The notes beneath the pieces were generated by a model. The model was not told the DNA's origin. It was given only the letters and a program-made list of their open reading frames with translations, and did not search any database. From UHGV virus genome UHGV-0369400: DNA of 43,282 nt, one strand, 5' to 3'. Both the position numbers and the translations under genes were made by a program. Origin of the DNA: a virus. Positions 1 through 7,142 of this stretch are shown here, piece by piece. The stretch's first letter is position 1, and each line of letters starts with the position of its first letter.

Positions 1-1
1 G

Positions 2-595
2 GCAGACGGTAAACTGACAGCAAGCAGCGGATCATTTACAGGTGATGTGGTGGCGAACAGTTTCAAAACCAATGATGGAAGTATTACATTGGCAAATGGA
101 AAACTGAAGATTACCGGTGCAGAAATTGATGGAACTGCAAATACAAGTTCCATCGGTGCGAGTACGATTTACACAAACCATCTGGAAGTTGGAGGTAATG
201 CGGTATTTAATTCAGGAGCGGATTTTTCAGGAGCGATTAACTGCCAAAATATCGATGCTAATCGAATAAGCTGTGTAAGCGTTTATTCATCAATGGCTGG
301 GGAAACCTGGTCAGACAGAAGATTAAAGCATGACATCAGAGATGTTCATGAAAAGCTTGCTGTAGAAGTGATAAAAGGGCTGCGGCCGGTAGCCTATGCA
401 CTGAATGTAAACGATGCGGAAAGCCTGGGATTTATTGCACAGGAAGTAAAAAAAATGTGTGCAGATCTGGGCACGGAAATGCCATTGTATACTAAAAATG
501 GTAAATACTATTCCATCCCGTACATAAATTACATCCCGGTTATAGTAAAGGCATTGCAATTTATCCTGCGGAAAGTGGAGGTTGATCATGGCTAA
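2..595 (+). CDS. Tail fibre / tail-associated protein, C-terminal part (5'-truncated at window start). Carries a Peptidase_S74-like intramolecular chaperone auto-processing domain.
   Basis: The frame is open from nt 2 with no upstream stop. The motif WSDRRLKHDI...LRPVAY...GFIAQEV...SIPYINYIPVIVKALQ matches the autocleaving chaperone domain of phage tail fibres and endosialidases. It is in phase with the open frame that ends at 43282. Confidence 0.7.
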   Translation, partial: ADGKLTASSGSFTGDVVANSFKTNDGSITLANGKLKITGAEIDGTANTSSIGASTIYTNHLEVGGNAVFNSGADFSGAINCQNIDANRISCVSVYSSMAGETWSDRRLKHDIRDVHEKLAVEVIKGLRPVAYALNVNDAESLGFIAQEVKKMCADLGTEMPLYTKNGKYYSIPYINYIPVIVKALQFILRKVEVDHG

Positions 596-779
596 GGTAG
601 AGTACAAAAAAGAGGATATCCAGCTTTTAACAGCACTACTTAATATGGTGGCTGTAAAAGGATTTGACAATATAAAGCTTATGGCACAGGCTGCGGCTAT
701 CCTTGAAAGTGGAATCGTTAAAGAAATCCCGGAAAAACCACAGCAGTCCGGAAAGGAAGCAAAGAATGAAGCTGAGTGA
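588..779 (+). CDS. Hypothetical small protein (63 aa).
   Basis: ATG at 588 lies 7 nt after GGAGG. It overlaps the end of the upstream gene. Confidence 0.4.
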   Translation: MAKVEYKKEDIQLLTALLNMVAVKGFDNIKLMAQAAAILESGIVKEIPEKPQQSGKEAKNEAE

Positions 780-1536
780 GCTGTTTTATAGCATTATAGG
801 CTGGGTGAACTACCCGGACACATCCACACCAGTTGGCAAGACAAATCTGCGCCATATGGATAATGGTATCCTGCAATGTGCGCAATATATCCTTGGCCTA
901 TCTCAGGACAAACTGGAAGTATCGGATGCGGCCAAATTTATAACTGGATGGGAAGTTGACACATCCACTTGGATTGTAACTGTAACACATAAGGATGGCA
1001 CTGTAGAAACGGTAGATTTTCCTATTGAGATGATGCCAACAAAGCTTGATCTGGACGAAGATGGTAATCTCGTACTGGTCCAACAGGACGGAACCATAAA
1101 GAAGATCAGCTTCCAGCGTTTTGTTTATAACGTTTCCAGTACAGCGACTATTGCAATGAACCTGGATGGAACGACTATATCTGCAAATGTGGTAGACGGG
1201 TCAATAACAGCAGATAAGCTAGAGCCTACATTGCAGAAGACTTTACGGCAGTATATGCTTGATGCTCAGACAGCAGCGCAAGAGGCAGAGGCATATAATA
1301 AATCATCTATAAGCTATGCTGTGGGTGGTACTGGTTCCAGAACAGGGGAAGATACTGACAACAGCAAATTTTATAGCAAAAAGGCGAAAGAAGAAGCTGA
1401 AAAGGCTGGGACATATGCAAATCTGATCTTACCGGAGTTTTATCTGGATGCATCAACAGGGCATTTGATGTGCAAACAAGGAAAAACAGTAACAGTTAAA
1501 GTTGAAAATAACCATGTATTAGTGGAGGTGGCATAG
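766..1536 (+). CDS. Tail fibre-associated structural protein (256 aa from ATG 766).
   Basis: The ORF has an RBS (GGAAAGGAAG) before ATG 766. It sits between the tail fibre genes. The stop TAG overlaps the GTG start of the next gene. Confidence 0.5.
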   Translation: MKLSELFYSIIGWVNYPDTSTPVGKTNLRHMDNGILQCAQYILGLSQDKLEVSDAAKFITGWEVDTSTWIVTVTHKDGTVETVDFPIEMMPTKLDLDEDGNLVLVQQDGTIKKISFQRFVYNVSSTATIAMNLDGTTISANVVDGSITADKLEPTLQKTLRQYMLDAQTAAQEAEAYNKSSISYAVGGTGSRTGEDTDNSKFYSKKAKEEAEKAGTYANLILPEFYLDASTGHLMCKQGKTVTVKVENNHVLVEVA

Positions 1537-2246
1537 TGGCAAGCACAACAGATCTTGGTAAGTGGATGCTTACCAATGGTGGAGAATACAATCCGGAAAC
1601 AGCATATGAACAACTTACAATGGTAATGTATGAAAACAGTACGTATATTACCTTGAAGACTGTACAAGGCATCACACCTACAGATGATCATATTAATTAT
1701 CAGCTGATGGCTAAAGGCTTTAACCCTACAGCCCTGGAATCAGTGCAGGCAGAGGATACCAGCGGAGTGCTGGGAGAAGTGGGCGGTACAGTTTCTGCAC
1801 AGGATTTGATAAACTGGGTAGTAGATCAGGCTGCTACTAAGTTGCTTAAGATCAGCGATCTGGTAAGCGTACAGACCAATGATGCGACTAAAGGTGTTTC
1901 TGCGGCACTGGCCTATGCTATGGGGCAGAAACTTGATCAGCTAAATAGTAATTTACCTTCGCCTACAGGCTTACTCATACAACATGGATATGGGTACGAT
2001 TATAATTCAACAGATGATTTTTCAATATCAATAACTTTTGAAAAATCTTATACCCAATGGGTGCAAGTTTTTTGCAATATACCTGCAACGATGAGCGGCA
2101 CTTATTTTCATGTAGCAACTGCACATTCTATTACTTTTAATGGCTGTAAATTGTCTGGAAGAGCAATTAATATAGACGGCTCTACCATTAGCTCTATATC
2201 GAAAAAACCATCAGAAGGTATTCAATGGGTTGCTATTGGTGTCTAA
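1536..2246 (+). CDS. Tail fibre / receptor-binding protein with an exchangeable C-terminal ~97 aa (variant A currently expressed).
   Basis: GTG start with GGAGGTG 5 nt upstream. The ORF contains the in-frame inverted-repeat copy at 1937-1954 (codons QLNSN). A silent alternative C-terminus is encoded convergently just downstream. Confidence 0.6.
   Translation: MASTTDLGKWMLTNGGEYNPETAYEQLTMVMYENSTYITLKTVQGITPTDDHINYQLMAKGFNPTALESVQAEDTSGVLGEVGGTVSAQDLINWVVDQAATKLLKISDLVSVQTNDATKGVSAALAYAMGQKLDQLNSNLPSPTGLLIQHGYGYDYNSTDDFSISITFEKSYTQWVQVFCNIPATMSGTYFHVATAHSITFNGCKLSGRAINIDGSTISSISKKPSEGIQWVAIGV
1937..1954. repeat. Inverted repeat, left copy (TCAGCTAAATAGTAATTT), lying inside the tail fibre coding sequence.
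   Basis: It is the reverse complement of 2521-2538 with 17/18 identities. It is read as (D)QLNSN in the fibre frame. Confidence 0.8.
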
Positions 2247-2249
2247 TGA

Positions 2250-2520
2250 TCATTTTTTGTAACAAACACGTATAGTTATTGGAATTTGACCAGTTTTATT
2301 TATACCATAACCTATGATTGCCAACATTCCTCTTCCTGCCGCCTGTTGGTTTACAACAAGACGTAGCCATTTCTCCCAATGATCTTTTTGGCTAAATGCT
2401 GTTATGGAAACAATATCATTAAATGAAAAACCTACAGGTGGAGATGTGATTTCATACGAGCTTTCTGTCCATGTTTTTAGGGTTGATATGGTTATTATGC
2501 TATTATACTCTACAGTTAAA
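2250..2520 (-). other. Promoterless silent cassette encoding an alternative tail fibre C-terminus (variant B, ~95 aa) on the minus strand.
   Basis: The minus-strand frame from the IR (codons QLNSN, same phase as the plus gene) to the TGA at 2250 encodes a non-repetitive peptide: FLTVEYNSIITISTLKTWTESSYEITSPPVGFSFNDIVSITAFSQKDHWEKWLRLVVNQQAAGRGMLAIIGYGINKTGQIPITIRVCYKK. It shows weak similarity to the C-terminus of ORF 1536-2246 (DDFSISITFEKSYTQWVQVF). It has no start codon or RBS of its own. The stops of the two variants lie 3 nt apart across the palindrome TGATCA. Confidence 0.55.
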
Positions 2521-2538
2521 AAATTACTATTTAGTTGA
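2521..2538. repeat. Inverted repeat, right copy (AAATTACTATTTAGTTGA).
   Basis: Reverse complement of 1937-1954. It is read as QLNSN on the minus strand in the same codon phase. Confidence 0.8.
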
Positions 2539-2604
2539 GTAATAGAAACAGAAAAATCGCATATATTAAGTAAAAAAAACAAAAGAAAAAGAAAGGAAAA
2601 AAGA

Positions 2605-3015
2605 ATGAACGAAAAAATCAAGTTAAAAAATGAAAAAGAATTTGATTTAGTAGTAAACGGGCTTGATGCGTTTAGCGACAGCCTTAAGTTGACATTTTTG
2701 TCGGATGACAACCTTGAAGATCTGATCACTATTTTCTCCAACGCTTCCAACACGGATCAGATAAAAATCATCAATGGCACTGGGGAGACATTAGCCGTGT
2801 ATGATGGTTATACTGCTTTGGGAAATCCCAAGAGTGTAGATGACAATGCACAGGTGCAACCCGCAACTTATAATGATGATGGCAGCGTAAAAGCTGAAGC
2901 TGTAATGGGCAGGGCTGTAACACTGATTCTGTCCCAACCAGGAGTGACAGAACAGGTTAAACACAATAGAGCTGACATAGACTTTTTGGCTGTAATGACA
3001 GGAACCGATTTATAA
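2605..3015 (+). CDS. Hypothetical protein (136 aa) in the tail fibre region, possibly XkdW-like.
   Basis: ORF with an A/G-rich RBS. It sits between the fibre genes and the XkdX-like gene. Confidence 0.4.
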   Translation: MNEKIKLKNEKEFDLVVNGLDAFSDSLKLTFLSDDNLEDLITIFSNASNTDQIKIINGTGETLAVYDGYTALGNPKSVDDNAQVQPATYNDDGSVKAEAVMGRAVTLILSQPGVTEQVKHNRADIDFLAVMTGTDL

Positions 3016-3027
3016 GGAGGAGCGCAT

Positions 3028-3159
3028 ATGTTAAGTGTAAAGAATCTGGCTGAAAAATACTATCCAAAATATTGGGACAAAGATAGACTTAGAACTTTGG
3101 TACAGGCTGGAAAACTGACAGAAGAAGAGTATCAGGAGTTGACCGGAGAAAAATATTAA
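3028..3159 (+). CDS. xkdX: XkdX-family small phage protein (43 aa).
   Basis: AGGAGG RBS before ATG 3028. Sequence MLSVKNLAEKYYPKYWDKDRLRTLVQAGKLTEEEYQELTGEKY matches the XkdX family pattern. It lies just before the lysin, as in PBSX. Confidence 0.6.
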   Translation: MLSVKNLAEKYYPKYWDKDRLRTLVQAGKLTEEEYQELTGEKY

Positions 3160-3189
3160 GTTTCACCGGTGCAAAAGAAAGGCGAAATT

Positions 3190-3969
3190 ATGAGAGATAT
3201 TACTTTATGCCATCCACGTTTACAGAAGCTGGCAACAGAATTGATTTCCAAGTGTGCCGCCAAAGGCTTGCAGATCAAAATCGGGGAAACTCTCAGGACA
3301 AAAGCAGAGCAAGATGATTTATATGCTCAGGGGCGTACAAAACCGGGAAATATCGTGACCAATGCCCCAGGCAGCAGTTACAGCAGTTATCACCAGTGGG
3401 GTACAGCCTTCGACATTTATCGTGCAGATGGCCGCGGCGCCTATTATGATTCAGATGGATTTTTTAGCAAGGTTGGCGTGATCGGCACATCCATCGGCTT
3501 GGAATGGGGTGGAAACTGGAAGAGTATTGTAGATAAACCACATTTTCAACTTCCAGACTGGGGAAGTGGTACCAGTGGGATTAAAAAGCTCTATAAAACT
3601 CCGGAAGAGTTTATGAAAACCTGGTCAGCCGTGGAAAAGCCGAAGATCATAGAAGGCTGGCAGCAGGAAAATGGCGGTTGGCGCTTCTATTTAAAAGACG
3701 GATCTGGGAAGTATGTTTCCAATGACTGGTACAAAGACGGAGAACTCTGGTACTGGTTCGACGGTGCCGGCATGATGGTTCATGATATCTGGTATCAATA
3801 CAAAGGGTCTTGGTACTATCTCGGCTCCGACGGCGCCATGCTAAAGGGCTTACAGACAATCAATGGCAAGTGGTACTACCTGAATCAGGACGGTCGCATG
3901 GCAACTGAACCAGTAGTACTTACTCCTGATCAGGACGGCTCTCTCCACTATCCAGGATTAGTACTATAA
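3190..3969 (+). CDS. Endolysin: peptidase M15 (VanY / L-Ala-D-Glu peptidase type) N-terminal domain plus C-terminal cell-wall-binding repeats.
   Basis: The SxHQWGTAFD...DKPHF zinc-ligand pattern is typical of M15 peptidases. The C-terminal half carries repeated aromatic GW/YY motifs (WYWFDGAG, SWYYLGSDGAM, KWYYLNQDGRM) typical of CW_binding_1 repeats. ATG 3190 is preferred over GTG 3169. Confidence 0.75.
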   Translation: MRDITLCHPRLQKLATELISKCAAKGLQIKIGETLRTKAEQDDLYAQGRTKPGNIVTNAPGSSYSSYHQWGTAFDIYRADGRGAYYDSDGFFSKVGVIGTSIGLEWGGNWKSIVDKPHFQLPDWGSGTSGIKKLYKTPEEFMKTWSAVEKPKIIEGWQQENGGWRFYLKDGSGKYVSNDWYKDGELWYWFDGAGMMVHDIWYQYKGSWYYLGSDGAMLKGLQTINGKWYYLNQDGRMATEPVVLTPDQDGSLHYPGLVL

Positions 3970-4103
3970 TAGTCGTCACAATTTCCAAATGAGCCAGTTC
4001 TTCTGTACCAATATCTGTAAGGACTGCCTTGCATTCCTTATATAACATGGAATAACGCTGGGAAAGATAACGCATGGCTACACCTATCTATAGGTGCAGC
4101 AGT

Positions 4104-4127
4104 CGTGTTGCATTTCGTGTTGCATAG
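4104..4127. repeat. Direct repeat CGTGTTGCATTTCGTGTTGCATAG (two tandem CGTGTTGCAT decamers). Candidate integrase arm-type binding sites, left arm.
   Basis: Identical 24-mer repeated at 4309-4332. The two copies flank the tRNA-like core. Confidence 0.5.
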
Positions 4128-4184
4128 AAAGCAAAAATATATTATTTGTGATATATTTATAGAGCAAGTGATAAATATTTATAA

Positions 4185-4241
4185 CTCACAAACCCGCATA
4201 AATGCTAGATTTCAGTGTTTTCACGGGTTTGTGAGTTTTTA
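4185..4241 (+). terminator. Putative rho-independent terminator of the late / lysis operon.
   Basis: A 12-bp perfect stem (CTCACAAACCCG / CGGGTTTGTGAG) is followed by TTTTT. The loop is long (27 nt). Confidence 0.45.
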
Positions 4242-4246
4242 CTTTA

Positions 4247-4272
4247 ACGGGTTCGATTCCCGTTATCTGCTC
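4247..4272 (+). other. tRNA 3'-end-like fragment (T-arm ACGGG-TTCGATT-CCCGT plus a 7-nt acceptor-like tail). Candidate attP core.
   Basis: GGTTCGATTCC matches the universal tRNA T-loop. No complete tRNA can be folded here. Such fragments are typical of phages that integrate into the 3' end of a tRNA gene. Confidence 0.45.
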
Positions 4273-4300
4273 TTGAAAAATGGCTTATTTAAGCCATTTT

Positions 4301-5542
4301 TTATTGCGCGTGTTGCATTTCGTGTTGCATAGCTTCCAAAACAGCTTTTTTCCATCCCTCCGGATCTTCTTTTTTCAGCCGGTTCACAACTTCTTTTATG
4401 GATTCTTTTTCGCTTTTTTCGGTTCCCACGATGCTCTCAAAGTAGCTGTCAATTTTATCATCAACCTTTTGCCGCTCCGACGAAAATGTCTGCATGTAGA
4501 CCTTTTTCATGACAGCATCCGACTTCCAGCCACCGCGCTCCTGGGCGTATTTGTCTGGTATTTGCAGCAAGGCCATAACGGAGGCATTGAGGTGCCGCAG
4601 ATCGTGAAACGTGATAGGGTCCTTTATACCGTGGATTTTTTGCAAGCGTTTCCAGCGGTGGTGCAGTGAAACGTCAGTCATCGGCACCAGTACATCTCCA
4701 GGAACCTTGTCGATCAGACCTTTTATATAAGCCGGTATTTTGTGTTTGCGTTTTCTCGTGTTGTTCTTCGCTGTCTCTTTTCTTACAGCTTTTCCTTTTA
4801 CGGTAATGACAGTCTCTTTTATTGTTATGTAATCACCATTAATTGATTTGGATTTTGTAAGACCGCGGATCTCCGATGCTGTGAACGACAGCCACATTGC
4901 AAGCAGCACCGGCAGCTCCATTTCGGTGCCGCGTACTATATCCATTACTGTTTTTGCATCTGGCAGGTCAACCATTCTTTGCGTTGGCGTAGGTAATTGC
5001 AGATTGTCGGTGCGGATGTTTGTGTATTTGTGCAGCACAGAGGATACAAACCCCCATTCATTTTTCAGCCGCTTTGCTGTAAGGGTCTTACCCGGCTTTC
5101 CGTTGACAGGTCTCTGCGCTTCTTTGGCTATGGCGTTTTGCAGTAGATCTTCCGATATGTCACACAGGCGCATGTTAAAAAGATCCTGGAACCCGTTCCG
5201 CATGATACACTCATAGTCTTCTATGGTGGACGGAGACCTTTTCAATGTTCTGCACAGATCTATATATTTTTCTGCCGCCCCTCTAAGCGTCATATTCGCC
5301 TCTTGGTTGCGCCTTTCCGCTTCACGTGAATCTTTCTCTGCCATGTATTGTGCAGCTGCCAATTCGACCCGTTTGCGCCCTTTGATTGACGGGTCATCAT
5401 CTGTAAAGGACTGATATATTCTTTTTTGTTTTGGTTTTCCGTTTTGCATGACGGGTGTTCCGTCTGGATTTAAGACAGGCTCGTAGTGGTCAAACACTAG
5501 TACACGCCATGATCCTGAGGGTAATTTTTTTGCTTTTGCCAT
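4301..5542 (-). CDS. int: Tyrosine-type phage integrase (414 aa from the ATG at 5542).
   Basis: C-terminal catalytic region: HDLRH...GGWKSDAVMKKVYM gives the R..H..R..Y signature. RBS AAAGGAG precedes the ATG at 5542. The gene lies between attP and the repressor module. Confidence 0.85.
   Translation of the reverse strand: MAKAKKLPSGSWRVLVFDHYEPVLNPDGTPVMQNGKPKQKRIYQSFTDDDPSIKGRKRVELAAAQYMAEKDSREAERRNQEANMTLRGAAEKYIDLCRTLKRSPSTIEDYECIMRNGFQDLFNMRLCDISEDLLQNAIAKEAQRPVNGKPGKTLTAKRLKNEWGFVSSVLHKYTNIRTDNLQLPTPTQRMVDLPDAKTVMDIVRGTEMELPVLLAMWLSFTASEIRGLTKSKSINGDYITIKETVITVKGKAVRKETAKNNTRKRKHKIPAYIKGLIDKVPGDVLVPMTDVSLHHRWKRLQKIHGIKDPITFHDLRHLNASVMALLQIPDKYAQERGGWKSDAVMKKVYMQTFSSERQKVDDKIDSYFESIVGTEKSEKESIKEVVNRLKKEDPEGWKKAVLEAMQHEMQHAQ
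4309..4332. repeat. Direct repeat CGTGTTGCATTTCGTGTTGCATAG, second copy (right arm). It overlaps the stop of int.
   Basis: Identical to 4104-4127. Confidence 0.5.
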
Positions 5543-5621
5543 AGTCGCACACTCCTTTTTGGGTATAAAAAATACAGCCACCAGATTTTTACATATTTTA
5601 TCTTGCGTGACTGCCTGGAAA

Positions 5622-5660
5622 TGTGATATTATACGGGTGTAGGTTTGCGATAATATCACA
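5622..5660. promoter_or_regulatory. 11-bp perfect inverted repeat (TGTGATATTAT ... ATAATATCACA) upstream of int. Candidate operator.
   Basis: Perfect dyad with a 17-bp spacer in the int 5' region. Confidence 0.3.
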
Positions 5661-5699
5661 CTCCTAAAACGTCTGGTGTTGGTAGCGCCGGGCGTTTTT

Positions 5700-6149
5700 T
5701 TATTTGTTGTTGGATACTTTGTTTATGATCGCATTTTGCATTTCTTCCGGATTTTGCATTTTAGGGAAACGGTACACTCCGGTTACAGCACTGATTTGGA
5801 TCGTTCCGTACTTCAAAATCCTTCCCAGCACGCTGTGCGTTAAATTTACAGTGTTAACTTGGTTTAGCGGCATAGTTAAGGACTTTGTCTTTACGATTCC
5901 GGTTCTTCCAAAGACTCTTTTATCAGTCAAGATCAAAATCATTGCTTTAAGCCTTATAATCGGGACAAGCGATAACAGAAAAATGACAAAAAATGTCAAA
6001 TTGGAACTTACACTGCTGCTTGTATTTGTTAAGTCTGTCGCAAACAAAAGAAAAAAGAAAATCGCTACAATGGAAGGCACAACAAACGCGATCCAGTGCG
6101 GCTTGCATTGATATATAGTTTTTTCGTCAGGATTCAATTTCAGCTTCAT
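5700..6149 (-). CDS. Membrane protein with a bacterial PH (bPH_2 / DUF304-like) domain. Typical prophage lysogeny-module gene, possibly superinfection exclusion.
   Basis: Two N-terminal TM helices followed by a PH-like domain (ILTDKRVFGRTGIVKT...). It is linked operonically with the ImmA-like and repressor genes. Confidence 0.5.
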   Translation of the reverse strand: MKLKLNPDEKTIYQCKPHWIAFVVPSIVAIFFFLLFATDLTNTSSSVSSNLTFFVIFLLSLVPIIRLKAMILILTDKRVFGRTGIVKTKSLTMPLNQVNTVNLTHSVLGRILKYGTIQISAVTGVYRFPKMQNPEEMQNAIINKVSNNK

Positions 6150-6583
6150 AATACTCCCCCTACTTTTTTGAATTTTAAGAAATTTTCTGCGTATCCGGTT
6201 AATGCGGATAGCTGCGCTAAAGTAAAACCTGGATGATCCAGCACAACACTGTCCGGTACAAGCAGCTCAACAGCAAAAGTGTTAGCTTCGATCTCTGCAC
6301 GGTTCCGGTGCAAGCTGTCCGGCATCCAGTTAAAAAAGAAGTAATCTTCCTGATGCATTACGGCGTGACCCAGCTCATGGGCCGCAACCATCTTTTGTGT
6401 AGACTTATCCAGATCGCTGTTTATATAAATGAAGCGTTCACCCGCTATGGTTAAACAGCATCCGTATATCTTACCCAAAGGGCCAACCTGTGTATATACT
6501 CCCAGATGATTGGCGAGATCAATGGGGTCATTTGTATGATACATATTTGATAGCTCTGCGGCTGTCCTTTTTGCATCTATCAT
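6146..6583 (-). CDS. immA: ImmA/IrrE-family zinc metallopeptidase (anti-repressor protease).
   Basis: HEXXH motif (AAHELGHAVMH). It lies immediately downstream of the XRE repressor with a 4-nt overlap. Confidence 0.75.
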   Translation of the reverse strand: MIDAKRTAAELSNMYHTNDPIDLANHLGVYTQVGPLGKIYGCCLTIAGERFIYINSDLDKSTQKMVAAHELGHAVMHQEDYFFFNWMPDSLHRNRAEIEANTFAVELLVPDSVVLDHPGFTLAQLSALTGYAENFLKFKKVGGVL

Positions 6584-6594
6584 ATTTACCTCTC

Positions 6595-6978
6595 CTATTT
6601 TTTACGTTGCTTTGCAATAAAAGCAACAGAAATCTTGATCTGGTCGAGCAATAAGTTTATGCTCTCCTGATCTACGGGCTGACCGTCAAAATATAACGGT
6701 GTCACTTCTCCGCTTTTTAACATTTTCTCAAGACGGTTAAACTCATCTTTTAGATCTATTGGTTTTTCTTCTGCAACGGCATCTTCCTCCTCCCCTGTTA
6801 TTAGATAGTCAACAGATACGCCCAAAAAATCGGCAATCTTTTTGAGCTTATCCTGTTTCGGTGTATATCTTCCGGCTTTCCAGTTACTAAGAGTCGATGT
6901 AGAAATTCCGGTTCCCTTACACACGCGGTAAGGTGTTACACCTTTTTCAGAGCATAACTTTTCAAATAAACTATACAT
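6595..6978 (-). CDS. XRE-family HTH repressor (cI-like, 127 aa).
   Basis: HTH_XRE signature (TGISTSTLSNWKAGRYTPKQDKLKKIADFLGVSVDYL) followed by a C-terminal extension. It is divergent from the cro-like gene. Confidence 0.8.
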   Translation of the reverse strand: MYSLFEKLCSEKGVTPYRVCKGTGISTSTLSNWKAGRYTPKQDKLKKIADFLGVSVDYLITGEEEDAVAEEKPIDLKDEFNRLEKMLKSGEVTPLYFDGQPVDQESINLLLDQIKISVAFIAKQRKK

Positions 6979-7008
6979 AGTTCACACCTCAAAAATAAGT
7001 TTGAAAAA

Positions 7009-7016
7009 TTAGCTAA
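7009..7016. promoter_or_regulatory. Palindrome TTAGCTAA, copy 1 (candidate operator half-site), immediately upstream of the PR -35.
   Basis: Self-complementary 8-mer present twice in the switch region. Confidence 0.35.
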
Positions 7017-7022
7017 AATCTG

Positions 7023-7051
7023 TTGACAAACTTTGCAATCAATGCTATACT
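7023..7051 (+). promoter_or_regulatory. Rightward sigma-70-type promoter (TTGACA, 17 bp, TATACT) reading toward cro.
   Basis: Near-perfect consensus with 17-bp spacing. Confidence 0.7.
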
Positions 7052-7068
7052 CTGGACATAGCTTCGAT

Positions 7069-7108
7069 TTCCAATATAACTTTGTTCGACGACTTTATTA
7101 TATTGGAA
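7069..7108. promoter_or_regulatory. 11-bp perfect inverted repeat (TTCCAATATAA, 18-bp spacer, TTATATTGGAA). Candidate operator overlapping the leftward -10.
   Basis: Perfect dyad lying between the two promoters. Confidence 0.45.
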
Positions 7109-7125
7109 ATCTTAGCTAATGTCAA
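7097..7125 (-). promoter_or_regulatory. Leftward sigma-70-type promoter on the minus strand (TTGACA, 17 bp, TATAAT) reading toward the repressor gene.
   Basis: The reverse complement of 7097-7125 is TTGACATTAGCTAAGATTTCCAATATAAT, a perfect consensus. Confidence 0.65.
7112..7119. promoter_or_regulatory. Palindrome TTAGCTAA, copy 2, within the spacer of the leftward promoter.
   Basis: Identical to the copy at 7009-7016. Confidence 0.35.
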
Positions 7126-7142
7126 TAGGTATTTGAGAAAGG

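Noticed and set aside
1536-2753. Diversity-generating retroelement targeting the tail fibre C-terminus.
   Set aside because: No reverse transcriptase gene and no TR / VR pair with adenine-specific mismatches is present. The two C-termini are in inverted, not direct, orientation and differ throughout. An invertible cassette fits better.
2521-2753. N-terminal two thirds of the 167-aa minus-strand ORF 2250-2753, as listed in the ORF track.
   Set aside because: That part is a low-complexity poly-Phe/Leu translation of the A-rich RBS / start region of gene 2605. It is spurious. Only the portion from the inverted repeat to the stop (2250-about 2560) looks like genuine coding sequence, and it is treated as a silent cassette.
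3169-3189. GTG 3169 as the endolysin start.
   Set aside because: ATG 3190 has a better-spaced purine-rich RBS (AAAGAAAGG). The 7-aa extension is not required for the M15 domain.
4247-4272. A complete tRNA gene in the attP region.
   Set aside because: Only a T-arm and a 3' acceptor-like tail can be folded. No matching 5' acceptor strand, D-arm or anticodon arm exists upstream. It is interpreted as a tRNA 3' fragment and attachment core.
4105-4669. Plus-strand ORFs 4105-4332 and 4280-4669.
   Set aside because: They lie in the attP repeat / hairpin region and antisense to the integrase 3' end. Their sequences are low-complexity (poly-F). They are non-coding.
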